Positions 53,293 through 63,789 of a DNA stretch of 64,000 bases are shown here, piece after piece; the stretch's first letter is position 1; the number at the start of each line of letters is the position of its first letter. Origin of the DNA: Gemmatimonadota bacterium (GTDB taxonomy: Bacteria > JBHIER01 > G020348925); assembly GCA_020348925.1 (NCBI GenBank), contig CP070758.1:1-64000 (forward strand). The letters run 5' to 3'. A program made the position numbers and the translations under genes. Under the pieces are notes generated by a model that did not search any database, was not told the origin of the DNA, and saw nothing but the letters and a program-made list of their open reading frames with translations.

Positions 53293-55773
53293 TCACTTGA
53301 GCAACAACATCCGCCTTGTGGCAGTCCATTCACCCGCTTCCAGACGGTAGAAGTATAGCCCACCGGATACTTCATTGCCGTATTCGTCCCGACCATCCCA
53401 GGTGATTATGTACGATCCCGGTTTCTGGGATTCATTCACCAGGGTCCTCACCTCCTGCCCTAAAATATTATAGATCTTCAGGGTGGTGTGGACTGCGGAT
53501 CTGACAGCTGACAGCTGATATGTGATGTCTGTCCCCGGATTGAATGGGTTGGGGTAATTTTGATGCAACGCATAATCGGAAGGGCACTCACCCATCACGA
53601 TCTTAATCGGAAAGGGAAGCTTTATTACTGTTTGTTCGTTGATTTTTACGTACAATTCGAGATCGATCTCAGCGGACTCCGCTTTGAAATCGATCTCCAC
53701 GATATCACCGCTCCCCGATATCGGCGCATTGCCGGCCATTGCAACCCGAATTTCTCCTGGATCGATTTTGTATGCCAAGGAACACCCCGAGCTCAGCTCG
53801 GTCGTCCTGGCTTCGATCGCGGTCAGGACATCCTGATCGTAGGTCACACGAAATTGAGCGGCAATGATGCCATCGGCGTTGGTGAAGGTGATGGGAAAGG
53901 TGAAGTAGTATTCCTCCTCTTCCTCCTCCTCGTGACCTCGAAATCCGAAGGAAACATCGTCCTCAACGAAGGTGCTCAACTTCTGGCTCATCACGTTGTG
54001 CCAGTTCTGGGTCACATCGCCGATGATGACCCCTTCGTAATCCTCGCCCGTGCGATTGGCCGAGAGACTGGCGTAACAGCGATAGGCCGGCTCGAATATC
54101 CACTCGCCGACGGGAGAGGCCGTCTCGAACCCGACGATCTCCCTGAGCAGCTGGGACACATCGTAGCCGGTGATTGCACCATTCCGTGTCACATCAGCGG
54201 CCAGAGAATCGTTGTGCGAAAAGGGCCACGTTCCATCCAAATGCATGAGAATGTATGCGGCGTCGAGCGAGGTGATCACCTGAGTGGGATCGGGCATCTC
54301 CAGGGGCTCCATCTGAATCCTGACGCAATAATCGGAGCACCCCAAAACCGGCGTGATTCCGTAATGGCCCATGAGATCCGTGAACACAGTATCATCGGCC
54401 GGCGGTGTCATCGTCGAATCGTTCACCCAGATCATCACCTCAGCCTCCGGTATGGGCTCACCGTTATCGCTGTAAAAAACGTCGCCTTCAATGGAGAAAT
54501 TGATGACGTGAAGCAAGCCGCCCTCCCAGCATACCCTGGGATAGGCCTCGTTGATCTTCACATGATCGATACTCAACTCGAAAATGCTGCTGCCCTCACT
54601 TGTTCCTGACACCTCATATCCCACATACAGAACAGGGGCAGGCATAGTACACCCCGTCAGGTTCCTGTTGAGGGCCTGCGAAACGACGATCCGTCCCAAA
54701 TCCTCGTTGATAGAATACGTCAACGGGCCGAGGTTCTCCGTGATCAATCCCTCGTTGCCCACCTCGAAGACATCGAGCTGTTCCGTATCGTAGCTCAATT
54801 CCCAAAAGAGGGACAGGATGTTGAGGTCCTCGAAACAGAGCCCGTAGTTCGTCTCCAGAAGGACGGGAATCTCAACCCGCCCGCAGGCGTGGTAATGGGT
54901 CGTATCCGGCCAGAAAGCGTGGAGATGGAGGGAATCGACGCACGTTGAGACGACGAGGGTATCAAAGCAGCACGAGGGTGAGCTCAGGCCGCTTGCTCCG
55001 CACGTGCTGGAGACGACGAACGTGTCGGCGTAGCAAGTTCCGGCCAGGGAATTTCCAACACGCTTGGGCGGAGCCCAACACCACCGCCATTCACCTGGTC
55101 CCAACGTATCGAACGCCGCACCGTTGGTGAGCGTCGAATCGTGAGGGAGCCAAAGGATATGTAAGCTGTCTCCGTCCGGATCAACAGCCGTGATAGTGTA
55201 ACAGAGCGTATCGCAACCCTCCTCAGGACCCTCTTTGACGTGAAACTCCGCATCATCTTCAGGTGACGTAAAATACGGTCCACTATTGACAACGACGAAA
55301 CCATCGTAGGTCATGGCCTTCGGTGAACCCTCGTTGATGACAACCGCGCTGAACTGAAGCATCGTAGAATCGCCACCACATTTTTGAACGCAGTCACCGT
55401 TTATGACAAATCCGATCCTCAAGCCGCACCCGTTGCAGTCCATCTCGTTTCCACCGACCAGCCAGATCTCGAGAGCCGTATAGGATTCATTGTGCACCTG
55501 GATGTGCCAGCCCATGGAATCGAGGCACGTGCCCTCGTAAGTCAGGGTACCATCCCAGAAGACGACGCAGGTATCGTACGTCAGGGTGAACTGGATCATC
55601 GTGATGGCCATCTCCTGATCCATACCCTGAAAGTCGACGCACACCACGATATGGGAATCCGGTTTCGCAATAGTCGTGGCGGGATCGATGGAGAGGGTCA
55701 CTTGGCCTTCGGCAGAAGCGCTGATGATCGAAAGAAGAGCGACAGTACCAAGGATGATTGCCTTGCGGTTCAT
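53293..55773 (-). CDS. Scaffoldin-like protein: about three cohesin-like domains + dockerin + T9SS CTD
   Basis: RBS aaggag; signal peptide; three xFxLxYD...(I/V)NE cohesin-like units; dockerin ITSLDAAYIL / AADVTRNGAITGYDVSQLL; QNYPNPFNP CTD. Confidence 0.75.
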   Translation of the reverse strand: MNRKAIILGTVALLSIISASAEGQVTLSIDPATTIAKPDSHIVVCVDFQGMDQEMAITMIQFTLTYDTCVVFWDGTLTYEGTCLDSMGWHIQVHNESYTALEIWLVGGNEMDCNGCGLRIGFVINGDCVQKCGGDSTMLQFSAVVINEGSPKAMTYDGFVVVNSGPYFTSPEDDAEFHVKEGPEEGCDTLCYTITAVDPDGDSLHILWLPHDSTLTNGAAFDTLGPGEWRWCWAPPKRVGNSLAGTCYADTFVVSSTCGASGLSSPSCCFDTLVVSTCVDSLHLHAFWPDTTHYHACGRVEIPVLLETNYGLCFEDLNILSLFWELSYDTEQLDVFEVGNEGLITENLGPLTYSINEDLGRIVVSQALNRNLTGCTMPAPVLYVGYEVSGTSEGSSIFELSIDHVKINEAYPRVCWEGGLLHVINFSIEGDVFYSDNGEPIPEAEVMIWVNDSTMTPPADDTVFTDLMGHYGITPVLGCSDYCVRIQMEPLEMPDPTQVITSLDAAYILMHLDGTWPFSHNDSLAADVTRNGAITGYDVSQLLREIVGFETASPVGEWIFEPAYRCYASLSANRTGEDYEGVIIGDVTQNWHNVMSQKLSTFVEDDVSFGFRGHEEEEEEEYYFTFPITFTNADGIIAAQFRVTYDQDVLTAIEARTTELSSGCSLAYKIDPGEIRVAMAGNAPISGSGDIVEIDFKAESAEIDLELYVKINEQTVIKLPFPIKIVMGECPSDYALHQNYPNPFNPGTDITYQLSAVRSAVHTTLKIYNILGQEVRTLVNESQKPGSYIITWDGRDEYGNEVSGGLYFYRLEAGEWTATRRMLLLK

Positions 55774-55937
55774 ATTTATTTCTCCTTTACGCGTAAACGT
55801 ACAACGTCCCGTTGTTGATCAGCTTGAATACTAAATAAAAAATACATCAAAGTCAATGAAAATAAGAACGCACACCACGGTTGCATGGTAAATCGATGGC
55901 ATGATTTTTTCGAATCTGTAATAGGTAGTTTTTTCAA

Positions 55938-55966
55938 TTGACAATCCTTTTCACACTACCTATAAT
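55938..55966 (+). promoter_or_regulatory. Consensus sigma70 promoter of rlmD
   Basis: TTGACA-N17-TATAAT. Confidence 0.8.
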
Positions 55967-55974
55967 TAACCGTT

Positions 55975-57285
55975 ATGATCGAACGGCTTAGATTAGAAAA
56001 AATGGTTTACGGGGGGTCGGCCCTGGGACAGCACGAGGGGAAGGCGGTCTTCGTCGCTGGCGGTATTGCCGGCGAGGAGGTCGATGTCGAGATCATCGCC
56101 GAAAAGACCGATTACTGTCTCGGGAAGGCACTTCGAATTCTCAAGCCCTCACCCGCCAGAGTTGAACCGCCATGCACCTCTTTTGGGGACTGCGGCGGTT
56201 GCCACTGGCAGCACATCGATTACCCGACCCAGCTCAAATTCAAAGAGCAGATCCTCGCCGAGCAGTTACGGCGGATCGGAGGCTTTGAAGACCCGACCAT
56301 ATTGGACATCATCGGCATGGAGGAACCCTGGCATTATCGCCACAAGAGCAGATTCGGTCTGAGGACTGTGGGAACAACCGTTACCTTAGGCTTTTACAAA
56401 CCTGGGACACGGCAGCCCGTGGAGCTGGCAGACTGTCCCATTCTGGAGAGTCACATAAGCCAGGCGTACGCAAAACTGAAAGACGATTTCAAAAGATTCT
56501 TTTCTCCCTTTCAAGGTTTTTGCACCGTTGAGGTCAGATCCTCGCCACACGAAGCCCAGATCCTGATCAATACGTCCTCACGTTTTCAAGGGCGTCTCGA
56601 TGAAGTGGTCGATGGCCTGAGAACGCTCCCCTTCGTAAAAGGGGTGCACCATCGCATTCTTCGCAAGAATGCGCCCCTGCAATACAAGACACTCTTCGGT
56701 GATCCGTTCATCACGTATACTATGGGTGAGTGGAAGTTCCAAGTCCAGCCGACATCATTTTTTCAGGTCAATATTCGCCAGGCGGAGCGCCTCTTTTCCA
56801 GGGCGATGGAGCTCATGGAGATTAAGGGAGGACGCATTCTGGATGGATACTGCGGTGTTGGAGTCCTGACGCTCATGGCCTCGAAATCTGCAGAAGAGAC
56901 AGTGGGTATTGAAGTTGTCCCGTCGGCCATCGAGGACGCCAGGAGAAACGGAGTACTGAACGGCGTCAAAAATGCGAGGTTTCTCGAAGGCCTGTTCCAG
57001 AACATGCTGCCGCAGCTCGCCCAGGAGAGTTGGGAGGGTATTATGCTCGATCCACCCAGAGAAGGTGTCGTTGTCAAGAAAACTCTGCGTCGCATAGCCC
57101 AGCTCCGGCCGCCTAAAATTCTTTATGTCTCGTGCAACCCGACAACCCTTGCCCGGGATTGTCGGCGCCTGCGTGAGGGCGGCTATACTCTCCGCCTGAT
57201 CCAACCCATCGACATGTTCCCCCACACTTACCACATCGAAGCATTGGCGCTGCTCGAAAGGGAATCAGCCCTCAATGGCTCGTGA
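55975..57285 (+). CDS. rlmD: 23S rRNA (uracil-C5)-methyltransferase RlmD/TrmA family
   Basis: TRAM domain; C-x5-CGGC; SFFQVN; DGYCGVG; DPPR; YVSCNP; DMFPHTYHIE. Confidence 0.93.
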   Translation: MIERLRLEKMVYGGSALGQHEGKAVFVAGGIAGEEVDVEIIAEKTDYCLGKALRILKPSPARVEPPCTSFGDCGGCHWQHIDYPTQLKFKEQILAEQLRRIGGFEDPTILDIIGMEEPWHYRHKSRFGLRTVGTTVTLGFYKPGTRQPVELADCPILESHISQAYAKLKDDFKRFFSPFQGFCTVEVRSSPHEAQILINTSSRFQGRLDEVVDGLRTLPFVKGVHHRILRKNAPLQYKTLFGDPFITYTMGEWKFQVQPTSFFQVNIRQAERLFSRAMELMEIKGGRILDGYCGVGVLTLMASKSAEETVGIEVVPSAIEDARRNGVLNGVKNARFLEGLFQNMLPQLAQESWEGIMLDPPREGVVVKKTLRRIAQLRPPKILYVSCNPTTLARDCRRLREGGYTLRLIQPIDMFPHTYHIEALALLERESALNGS

Positions 57286-57342
57286 GGACACTTGCACATT
57301 TATTCCCAAATCCGAAATTATAATTTTTTCAGTTAAGAAGTT

Positions 57343-57993
57343 TTACCGCAGTCCGATCCTTTTGACTAACACAAAACTGCTGAGATAGGTGGAAAGAAGA
57401 AAGAGCAACGCAAAGGTGAAGGTGTTCATGGTAAAAATGGGCGTAACGAGTTCACGCAGTATAGAAAGAATGAGAAGCGCTCCAGCGAGGTACCCGAAAT
57501 AACCGGCAATGAGTGCCAAGTGAATGTTCATAGCTATCATGGTGTTGATGGTTAGAGACTTGATGAAAAGGAAAGCAAAGATCACCTGAAAATACCGCTG
57601 CGCTGTCAGAGACATCTCCCCTGACATATGAAAAACGGGATGCAGAGTCCAAAGTAAAAAATAGAGTCCAGTAAAGACCAAGAGATTCGGTACAAGAACT
57701 GAAATGTAAAAGAGGGCCAGTGTCATCTTCTTGTGAATGGGCAACTTCAGGAAAAATGAAAGGTTCGCCGTGTTCCTCTTGATAATCTGAGATTCAATAA
57801 TGGCAATAAAGACGAATCCCACTAAAAGAAATACACCTTTGCCGACGGTGAAATCAAGTTGAGACTGAGTCCCAAAGACATAGGCCAGGCCAATGATGAT
57901 AAGAGGGGTATCAAGTTTAAAGCGCTCTAAAAATAGTTTTGAATTAAGAGAGAAAAGCTGTGCGTATCTTCCGTAGATTGAGTTCACGTTCAT
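57343..57993 (-). CDS. Multi-pass membrane protein, putative ABC permease
   Basis: About 6 TM helices; FFLKLPI motif; start overlaps upstream stop. Confidence 0.6.
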   Translation of the reverse strand: MNVNSIYGRYAQLFSLNSKLFLERFKLDTPLIIIGLAYVFGTQSQLDFTVGKGVFLLVGFVFIAIIESQIIKRNTANLSFFLKLPIHKKMTLALFYISVLVPNLLVFTGLYFLLWTLHPVFHMSGEMSLTAQRYFQVIFAFLFIKSLTINTMIAMNIHLALIAGYFGYLAGALLILSILRELVTPIFTMNTFTFALLFLLSTYLSSFVLVKRIGLR

Positions 57994-58862
57994 GATGGAA
58001 GGACCTTCAGTTTTCTTAATATAGTTTTTGACATGATGACGATCGACACACATGTTGCGAAAACCGTGACGACGAGAAATATCACTGTTATATCCACATG
58101 CTGAAGAATGAAGCGAATCCCGATACCTACTTCCTGTTGCGAAAGCATGACCTCGGACAAGAAAATGAGGGCAAGGAGGAGAAATACTCCGAAGGGGAAA
58201 CTGTGAAAAAGAGCGCTCAAAAACTTTCGCTTCGTATCCTTGAATTCCCTCAAAACTTGAAAGATCGAAATGTAGACAAAAGCGAGAACAAAGTACAGTG
58301 TAATGAGCAGTGGAGCTCCCCCGACTTTTGAGATCAGATCGAAGAGGATTGATTTCTCCAAGACAAAGGAGACAAATCTGGGTACGAACCGCCGACTGAA
58401 GGCAATGCCCGTCACCGTCGTGATGGTGTCTCCATCAGGAGCAACGGATTTGTGGAATTCAATATGCTGCAAATCCGGGAGTTTCATGAAGTGCGCGAGC
58501 AGAAGAACAAGGGCCGTGCAAATAAAAACAGCATAAATAATGGATGACAAAAGGTAGGAAAAGTAAACCTCTCGGCCCGAAACCGGCATGGCCTGAAAAT
58601 GCCGGGTTATGGGTGCGCACAATGCATTCTCATCAATATCTTTGGAACGCCGGAACATATTGCCCACAAAACAATGACTGATGACAGACAGGTACAGCAT
58701 GAGGGCAATCTGGTACTTGTCAAGGCTGCCTTCGACGTAAAAGAAGACGACGAGAATCGCTACTATTAAAAAGACCGGGTTGTTGAGTGGATTAAAAAGA
58801 AATGTTCTCAGAAAGAATATGGTTAGTGAAATATACCTTTTTAACGTTCGTCCCCGATTCAC
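57990..58862 (-). CDS. Multi-pass membrane protein, putative ABC-2 permease
   Basis: TM helices; FQAMPVSGRE motif; coupled to the ATPase gene. Confidence 0.65.
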   Translation of the reverse strand: MNRGRTLKRYISLTIFFLRTFLFNPLNNPVFLIVAILVVFFYVEGSLDKYQIALMLYLSVISHCFVGNMFRRSKDIDENALCAPITRHFQAMPVSGREVYFSYLLSSIIYAVFICTALVLLLAHFMKLPDLQHIEFHKSVAPDGDTITTVTGIAFSRRFVPRFVSFVLEKSILFDLISKVGGAPLLITLYFVLAFVYISIFQVLREFKDTKRKFLSALFHSFPFGVFLLLALIFLSEVMLSQQEVGIGIRFILQHVDITVIFLVVTVFATCVSIVIMSKTILRKLKVLPS

Positions 58863-59587
58863 CTTGATCCGCCTGCATCGATAAGACCATCAGCTGATAT
58901 GCCGTAGTTTTGAATGAACGTTTCTTCGACAGAGGACTTCAAACTCGCAATCTGCTCATCCAGGGATATTTTGCCTCCACGAATAAAAATCACCCGCTTG
59001 GCGATCTTCTCTATATCCGAAAGAATATGGGAGGAGTAAAAGATTGTTGTTCTCTGTTGAGCGTTCAATGTTTTCATTGCGCTCAGTACACTGAACCGCA
59101 TAACCGCATCGAGACCGACAAAGGGTTCATCCAGAACGAGAATCTCAGGATTGCAGCTGAAGCAGAGGGCCAGTTCTGCCAGACGCTTTTGCCCTTTGGA
59201 CATCGACCGCATGCGTTTGTCGGTCACAATGTCCCATTCGTCAATGAATCGGTCCAGCATATCCTCATCCCATGTGGGGTACAGATTCTTGTAAAGCTCG
59301 GCCATGTCCATCAGCGTCGCCCAAGGCAACAGTCCTGTTTCTTCGGCAACGAAGCCGATTCGTTCTTTCGTGGCCGCGTCGAGCCTGGCGGACGGTTTAT
59401 CCAGAATCTTCACGCTGCCTTCATCAAAGGGAAGAAACCCCATGAGTATATGCAGGAGTGTCGTCTTTCCGGCTCCGTTGGCACCGACGAGGCCGACCGA
59501 CTCACCCCTATCAACGCTTAGACTGACGCTTCGAAGGGCCTTTACCGTGATATATGTTTTCGAGAGGTTGGAGACTTCAATATCCAT
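58859..59587 (-). CDS. ABC transporter ATP-binding protein
   Basis: GANGAGKT, MSKGQK, LDEPFVGLD, SSH. Confidence 0.95.
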   Translation of the reverse strand: MDIEVSNLSKTYITVKALRSVSLSVDRGESVGLVGANGAGKTTLLHILMGFLPFDEGSVKILDKPSARLDAATKERIGFVAEETGLLPWATLMDMAELYKNLYPTWDEDMLDRFIDEWDIVTDKRMRSMSKGQKRLAELALCFSCNPEILVLDEPFVGLDAVMRFSVLSAMKTLNAQQRTTIFYSSHILSDIEKIAKRVIFIRGGKISLDEQIASLKSSVEETFIQNYGISADGLIDAGGSR

Positions 59588-59671
59588 TTTTCCTCAGCCA
59601 GTGATCCTCTCTTCGTAAATTGATAACGAGCATATTCCCCGACACAAGGGCATTCAACCCGGACAGTATTG

Positions 59672-62572
59672 TTATCTTGGCCGCAGAATAATATTCACCA
59701 CACAGACCAAGTCAAAGATGTTGATCGCATCATCCTCAATGCAGTCCGCAGCCCAGAGCTCATTGTCCGTGGGCGGACTCCCGAGCCCTAAAATGATGTT
59801 TACAGCTCTGCCGATATCAAGAACATCAATGATCCCATCCTCGTTTACATCTCCTTTTTGAGGTGAGAAACGAAACCAGGCTAAGATGTTTCGCAACAGA
59901 GCAGTTTTTTTCTGCTCATGCTGTACTCCAAAGTCCCCCATTCCCTCGAATCCAAAACCAAAATAGACAATTTTATAATGATCACTGAATCTGATAGCCG
60001 CCACATCTCCTGAGGGTGAGTACTTGAAGACGGGGAGGGCATCGGCTTGGGGAGCGATGATGTCAGGGGAATCCTGGTTTCTCGCTTCAACTCCTCCCAG
60101 ACTCCAAAAACCGAGGGTTCCGGATATGGCATCGCCGCTCACACCGATGAGAGTCAACGCCGTCGACGTATTGCCCACATAATCGGCATGGAGATAATTC
60201 CGGTAGAAATTTTGATCTGCTTCCGATCCATTCTCAACGAGGTCATAGCCAATGTTCTGCCCTGTAACGAAAAGATTGCCTCCACCATTCAAAAAAATAG
60301 CCAGATCCGTCTGCTCTTCTTCGTCTAAAGTTGATGAAGCATCATCACCGGTGAACCACACAACAACCTCGTAATGGGATAAGGTTTCTCCTGGAGTGCC
60401 GCTGGTCATCACGTCCCAGTAATCGAAGGGAGCCACTTTGTTTAAACTCGTTACGAAATAATCCTCGTATTGATCTCCATCATCATCATCCACCAAAAGA
60501 GCGATAGGAAGGCCAACATTGAGATAGAGATCATCGATACCCTGGTAGCCCTCACTCCCGGTGATCGTCACTGTGAAGTGCACGACCCGACTGTTCGCTT
60601 CGGAATCGATGGCGAACACAAAGGGGTCCTGGCTGTTGTCGGCTTCGGCGAAGTAATCCATATCACCAAAATCCGAAACACCATCGACGACAGACACGTA
60701 TGGATCATCAGTGGAAATTTGAACCGCGACACTATTTACAGGAATGGCTTTGTTGATCAAAGTGATGAAGAGAGAGACCGTTTCCCCCGGATCGGCCTTT
60801 CCGTCACTGTTGCCTTCACTGTCATCGATGGTATGTGACTGATAGGCAATCTGAGCAGAGGTTAATTGGGCCACTTCCTTCAGAATCCAATTATCCGGGT
60901 TGAGAATGATTTCCATCGGCTCCGCTTGCAGCACGAACTGATACGAGTTCAACTCCTCGCTCACGATCACTGTCTGCAGCACATCACCCTCATGGGATCT
61001 AATCACAATATCCATTGGCATCCGAAAGAGTGTGCCGGACGTTTGCATCTGACGAATAAAGAGCGTCACGACGTATTCGTCGCCAGTATCACGATAGTGA
61101 TACGTATAACCGTATTCGGGGTACCCCTCTTCGTAGATCCATTGATGAAAGTACCAATCCAAACTCTGCCCGTGAACACTTTCACAAACCGATTGAAAAT
61201 CTTCGGTACTGGCATGACCGTACGCATACGTCCGGCAGTACGTGCGCATGATGTTCCAGAAGCTGTCATCACCCACAACATATCTCAGCATGTGAAGCAC
61301 CCAGGCCCCTTTGTTGTAGATAATCCCGACAAACACCCGAAAAGGATCACTCACATCATCGAGATAGATAGTCCCGTCTCCGTAATAGGTCATGCTCGCC
61401 ATATAATTTTTGTACTCATCAAAGCCGAGAAGGTGCTCGATCCAGAGCGCCTCACAATATGATGCAAAGCCTTCATTGACCCAACCGTGATGCCACATGG
61501 AGCAGGTGATCATGTCACCAAACCACTGATGGGCCAGTTCGTGGAGAACAATCATATACCAATCCGGGCTGACACCACCCATGATGGTATTTGTTTGATT
61601 TTCGATGGCCCCGTAAAAACCTATCTCCGACATGGCGTACTTCTCCGTAACAAAGGGATACTCGAAAAATCGATCGGAGAGGAAACCGATCATGTCCACA
61701 ACATCTTCGAAGGTCTCCTGAGCTGCGTTGTAACTCTCCGGGAAGACGTAATACGGAACCTCCATTGAATCAGAATCCGAGTATGCGTAATAGTGAGAAA
61801 AGATTCGGTAATTGGACACACAAATTCCGACATAGTAAACCGGAACAGGATAGCCCTCGTGCCACCTGAAGGTCTTTGTCCCATCACCGTTATCCACGAC
61901 ATCGACCAATGTCCCGTTTGAGGAGGCGGACAACTCGTAACCGTTATACGACTCATCGGGGATAGTGATATGAATATCGACCGAATCGGGCTTATCCTCA
62001 GGGCCGTCCTTGCATGGCCACCAGGTATGAGCCAGAAAAGGCGTGGACAGGGTTGCCACGATAGGGGCATTACTGTGCTGTCTGAAATTGAATGCCTTGA
62101 CATCGTTTAAAAGCCTTGGTACGCCGTGATATGTGGTCGTAATTTCAAAAATCTCACCTGCGTTGTGCGGGCGATCGAGAGTAACTTCGAATTCTTCACC
62201 ATAGAGTTGATAGGCGTTGACATTTCCCGTGACCGCATCAATCGTAAGCGTCTCGTCAAAGTCCAGTACGACGGTTTCCAAGCCATCGACCAGACTCTGG
62301 AAGCGCCCGGTGACCGTAGCTTCAAGGTTGTTCGGATCGAGAAATACTCTCACGTGCAACTCGTAATAGAGGGCGTCGAAATTTTCTTGGGTTCGGATCT
62401 GTCTCTCTCCCCTGAGGATCAGACTCCGCCAACTCTCCATTTCCTGTTCCTTGACCTTCTGGAGCAGTTCCATCGACTCAATCGTTATCTTTCTGTTTTG
62501 AGCCAGGATTGAGGGTACGATTCCCGTCATTCCCACAATGAGAAGCAGGACGATGATTCGTTTCATGTTCAC
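59672..62572 (-). CDS. Secreted M1 aminopeptidase with C-terminal dockerin
   Basis: Signal peptide; GAIEN, HELAHQW...NEGFASY, YNKG; terminal GDVNEDGIIDVLD / ADCIEDDAINIFD; no T9SS CTD. Confidence 0.9.
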   Translation of the reverse strand: MNMKRIIVLLLIVGMTGIVPSILAQNRKITIESMELLQKVKEQEMESWRSLILRGERQIRTQENFDALYYELHVRVFLDPNNLEATVTGRFQSLVDGLETVVLDFDETLTIDAVTGNVNAYQLYGEEFEVTLDRPHNAGEIFEITTTYHGVPRLLNDVKAFNFRQHSNAPIVATLSTPFLAHTWWPCKDGPEDKPDSVDIHITIPDESYNGYELSASSNGTLVDVVDNGDGTKTFRWHEGYPVPVYYVGICVSNYRIFSHYYAYSDSDSMEVPYYVFPESYNAAQETFEDVVDMIGFLSDRFFEYPFVTEKYAMSEIGFYGAIENQTNTIMGGVSPDWYMIVLHELAHQWFGDMITCSMWHHGWVNEGFASYCEALWIEHLLGFDEYKNYMASMTYYGDGTIYLDDVSDPFRVFVGIIYNKGAWVLHMLRYVVGDDSFWNIMRTYCRTYAYGHASTEDFQSVCESVHGQSLDWYFHQWIYEEGYPEYGYTYHYRDTGDEYVVTLFIRQMQTSGTLFRMPMDIVIRSHEGDVLQTVIVSEELNSYQFVLQAEPMEIILNPDNWILKEVAQLTSAQIAYQSHTIDDSEGNSDGKADPGETVSLFITLINKAIPVNSVAVQISTDDPYVSVVDGVSDFGDMDYFAEADNSQDPFVFAIDSEANSRVVHFTVTITGSEGYQGIDDLYLNVGLPIALLVDDDDGDQYEDYFVTSLNKVAPFDYWDVMTSGTPGETLSHYEVVVWFTGDDASSTLDEEEQTDLAIFLNGGGNLFVTGQNIGYDLVENGSEADQNFYRNYLHADYVGNTSTALTLIGVSGDAISGTLGFWSLGGVEARNQDSPDIIAPQADALPVFKYSPSGDVAAIRFSDHYKIVYFGFGFEGMGDFGVQHEQKKTALLRNILAWFRFSPQKGDVNEDGIIDVLDIGRAVNIILGLGSPPTDNELWAADCIEDDAINIFDLVCVVNIILRPR

Positions 62573-62592
62573 ACTCCCCTCTTCTACAGCGA

Positions 62593-63789
62593 TTATCCCT
62601 CGGGATTGGTCTCCAGCACGTCGATGACCCTCTGCGGCCGAAGGCCGGTTTTAAAAAAGATCACCTCTCCGTCAAACTCCTCCTTCGAACAATTCAGTGT
62701 CTCGTTGACGGCGATGATCATGTCAGGGCGGCTCGCTCTTTTCAATTTAGCCAGCTTCTTCTCGAGATACTCCGGCGTCCAAAATCCCACGATTTCCATG
62801 TGGAGACGCCGTCCGTCCGGATGGGTGAATGTGAAATCCGGGATCAGGACGGTCTCTTTCAGGTCGATCACGTCGGCCTCTCGGTGAATGTGCCAATCGG
62901 TCTTTGCCGCCTGGAAAGCAGTAAAGAATTTTTCTTCCAAGCTGCTGTCAAAGGGATGCTCTTTCCTGTAAAATGTATGCAAGCCGCAGGCAGCGTCCAG
63001 GGCAAAGGTCTTCAGGCCCTGCTCGGTCTCAACGAGCGCCGACATTCGCCATCCTTTGGCCAAAAGCAGACCCGGAAGAAAGCGAGCCATATGGATGCCA
63101 TACTTTTGCGTCCGCCGCAGAACCGAAGCCGGACCATCGAGCAGTATCTCATACCCGCCCGAAGCAACGGGACGAATCTCGTGAATGAGCTGAGCGAGTT
63201 TTATGTATTTGAAAACAGGCTTAAAGTCCTGCTGTATCCATATTCTCATTCGTACTGCCCGATAAAGGATCCCCTGCGCCAGAGCCAGGTTGTATCTCCT
63301 GAGCAGCTCCCGTGGGCTCATTTCTCTTTCAGTCCCAGTGAGAATCAGGTTCTCAGACAGGTCACCATACAAGAGACCGTCAAGTCGCTCCGATGTTTCG
63401 CCAAACTCCTCACCAATCTCTTTCAGAACAAGGTGCTTTGTCGTTTGATGCAGGAGATCCGGCTGCAAAACAATGGGATAGGCCGTCTGCGCTTTTTCAA
63501 ACACTTTCTGTCTCAACTGCGAATAGTCGCCTTCCCAGATCGGGGCAAAATTGCAGTTGTCCAGGAGCAGCTTGGCCAAACCGCGATAGATCTTGAAATC
63601 GGTCGAGGTGGATTCGTACTGTTCGAGGGCATCGGAGAGCTCCTTCCGCCTTTTCCCTTCATGATCGGCGAAGATGTGAATAACCTCCCGGCAGATCCTC
63701 AGATACCGAGAGCTCTCCCGGCGTGAGATGAAAAGGGGGATGATGTGATCTCCATCAATATAATATCTGACCAAATCACTGGTAAGCAT
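62593..63789 (-). CDS. DUF790 / Bax1-like endonuclease
   Basis: MLTSDL start; YNLALAQ, LDGPAS...[23 protein letters not shown]. Confidence 0.85.
   Translation of the reverse strand: MLTSDLVRYYIDGDHIIPLFISRRESSRYLRICREVIHIFADHEGKRRKELSDALEQYESTSTDFKIYRGLAKLLLDNCNFAPIWEGDYSQLRQKVFEKAQTAYPIVLQPDLLHQTTKHLVLKEIGEEFGETSERLDGLLYGDLSENLILTGTEREMSPRELLRRYNLALAQGILYRAVRMRIWIQQDFKPVFKYIKLAQLIHEIRPVASGGYEILLDGPASVLRRTQKYGIHMARFLPGLLLAKGWRMSALVETEQGLKTFALDAACGLHTFYRKEHPFDSSLEEKFFTAFQAAKTDWHIHREADVIDLKETVLIPDFTFTHPDGRRLHMEIVGFWTPEYLEKKLAKLKRASRPDMIIAVNETLNCSKEEFDGEVIFFKTGLRPQRVIDVLETNPEG

Noticed and set aside
53560-54609. Long antisense ORFs (also 62800..63726, 37314..38162, 26726..27589)
   Set aside because: They are shadows of well-supported genes on the opposite strand and have no recognisable motifs.
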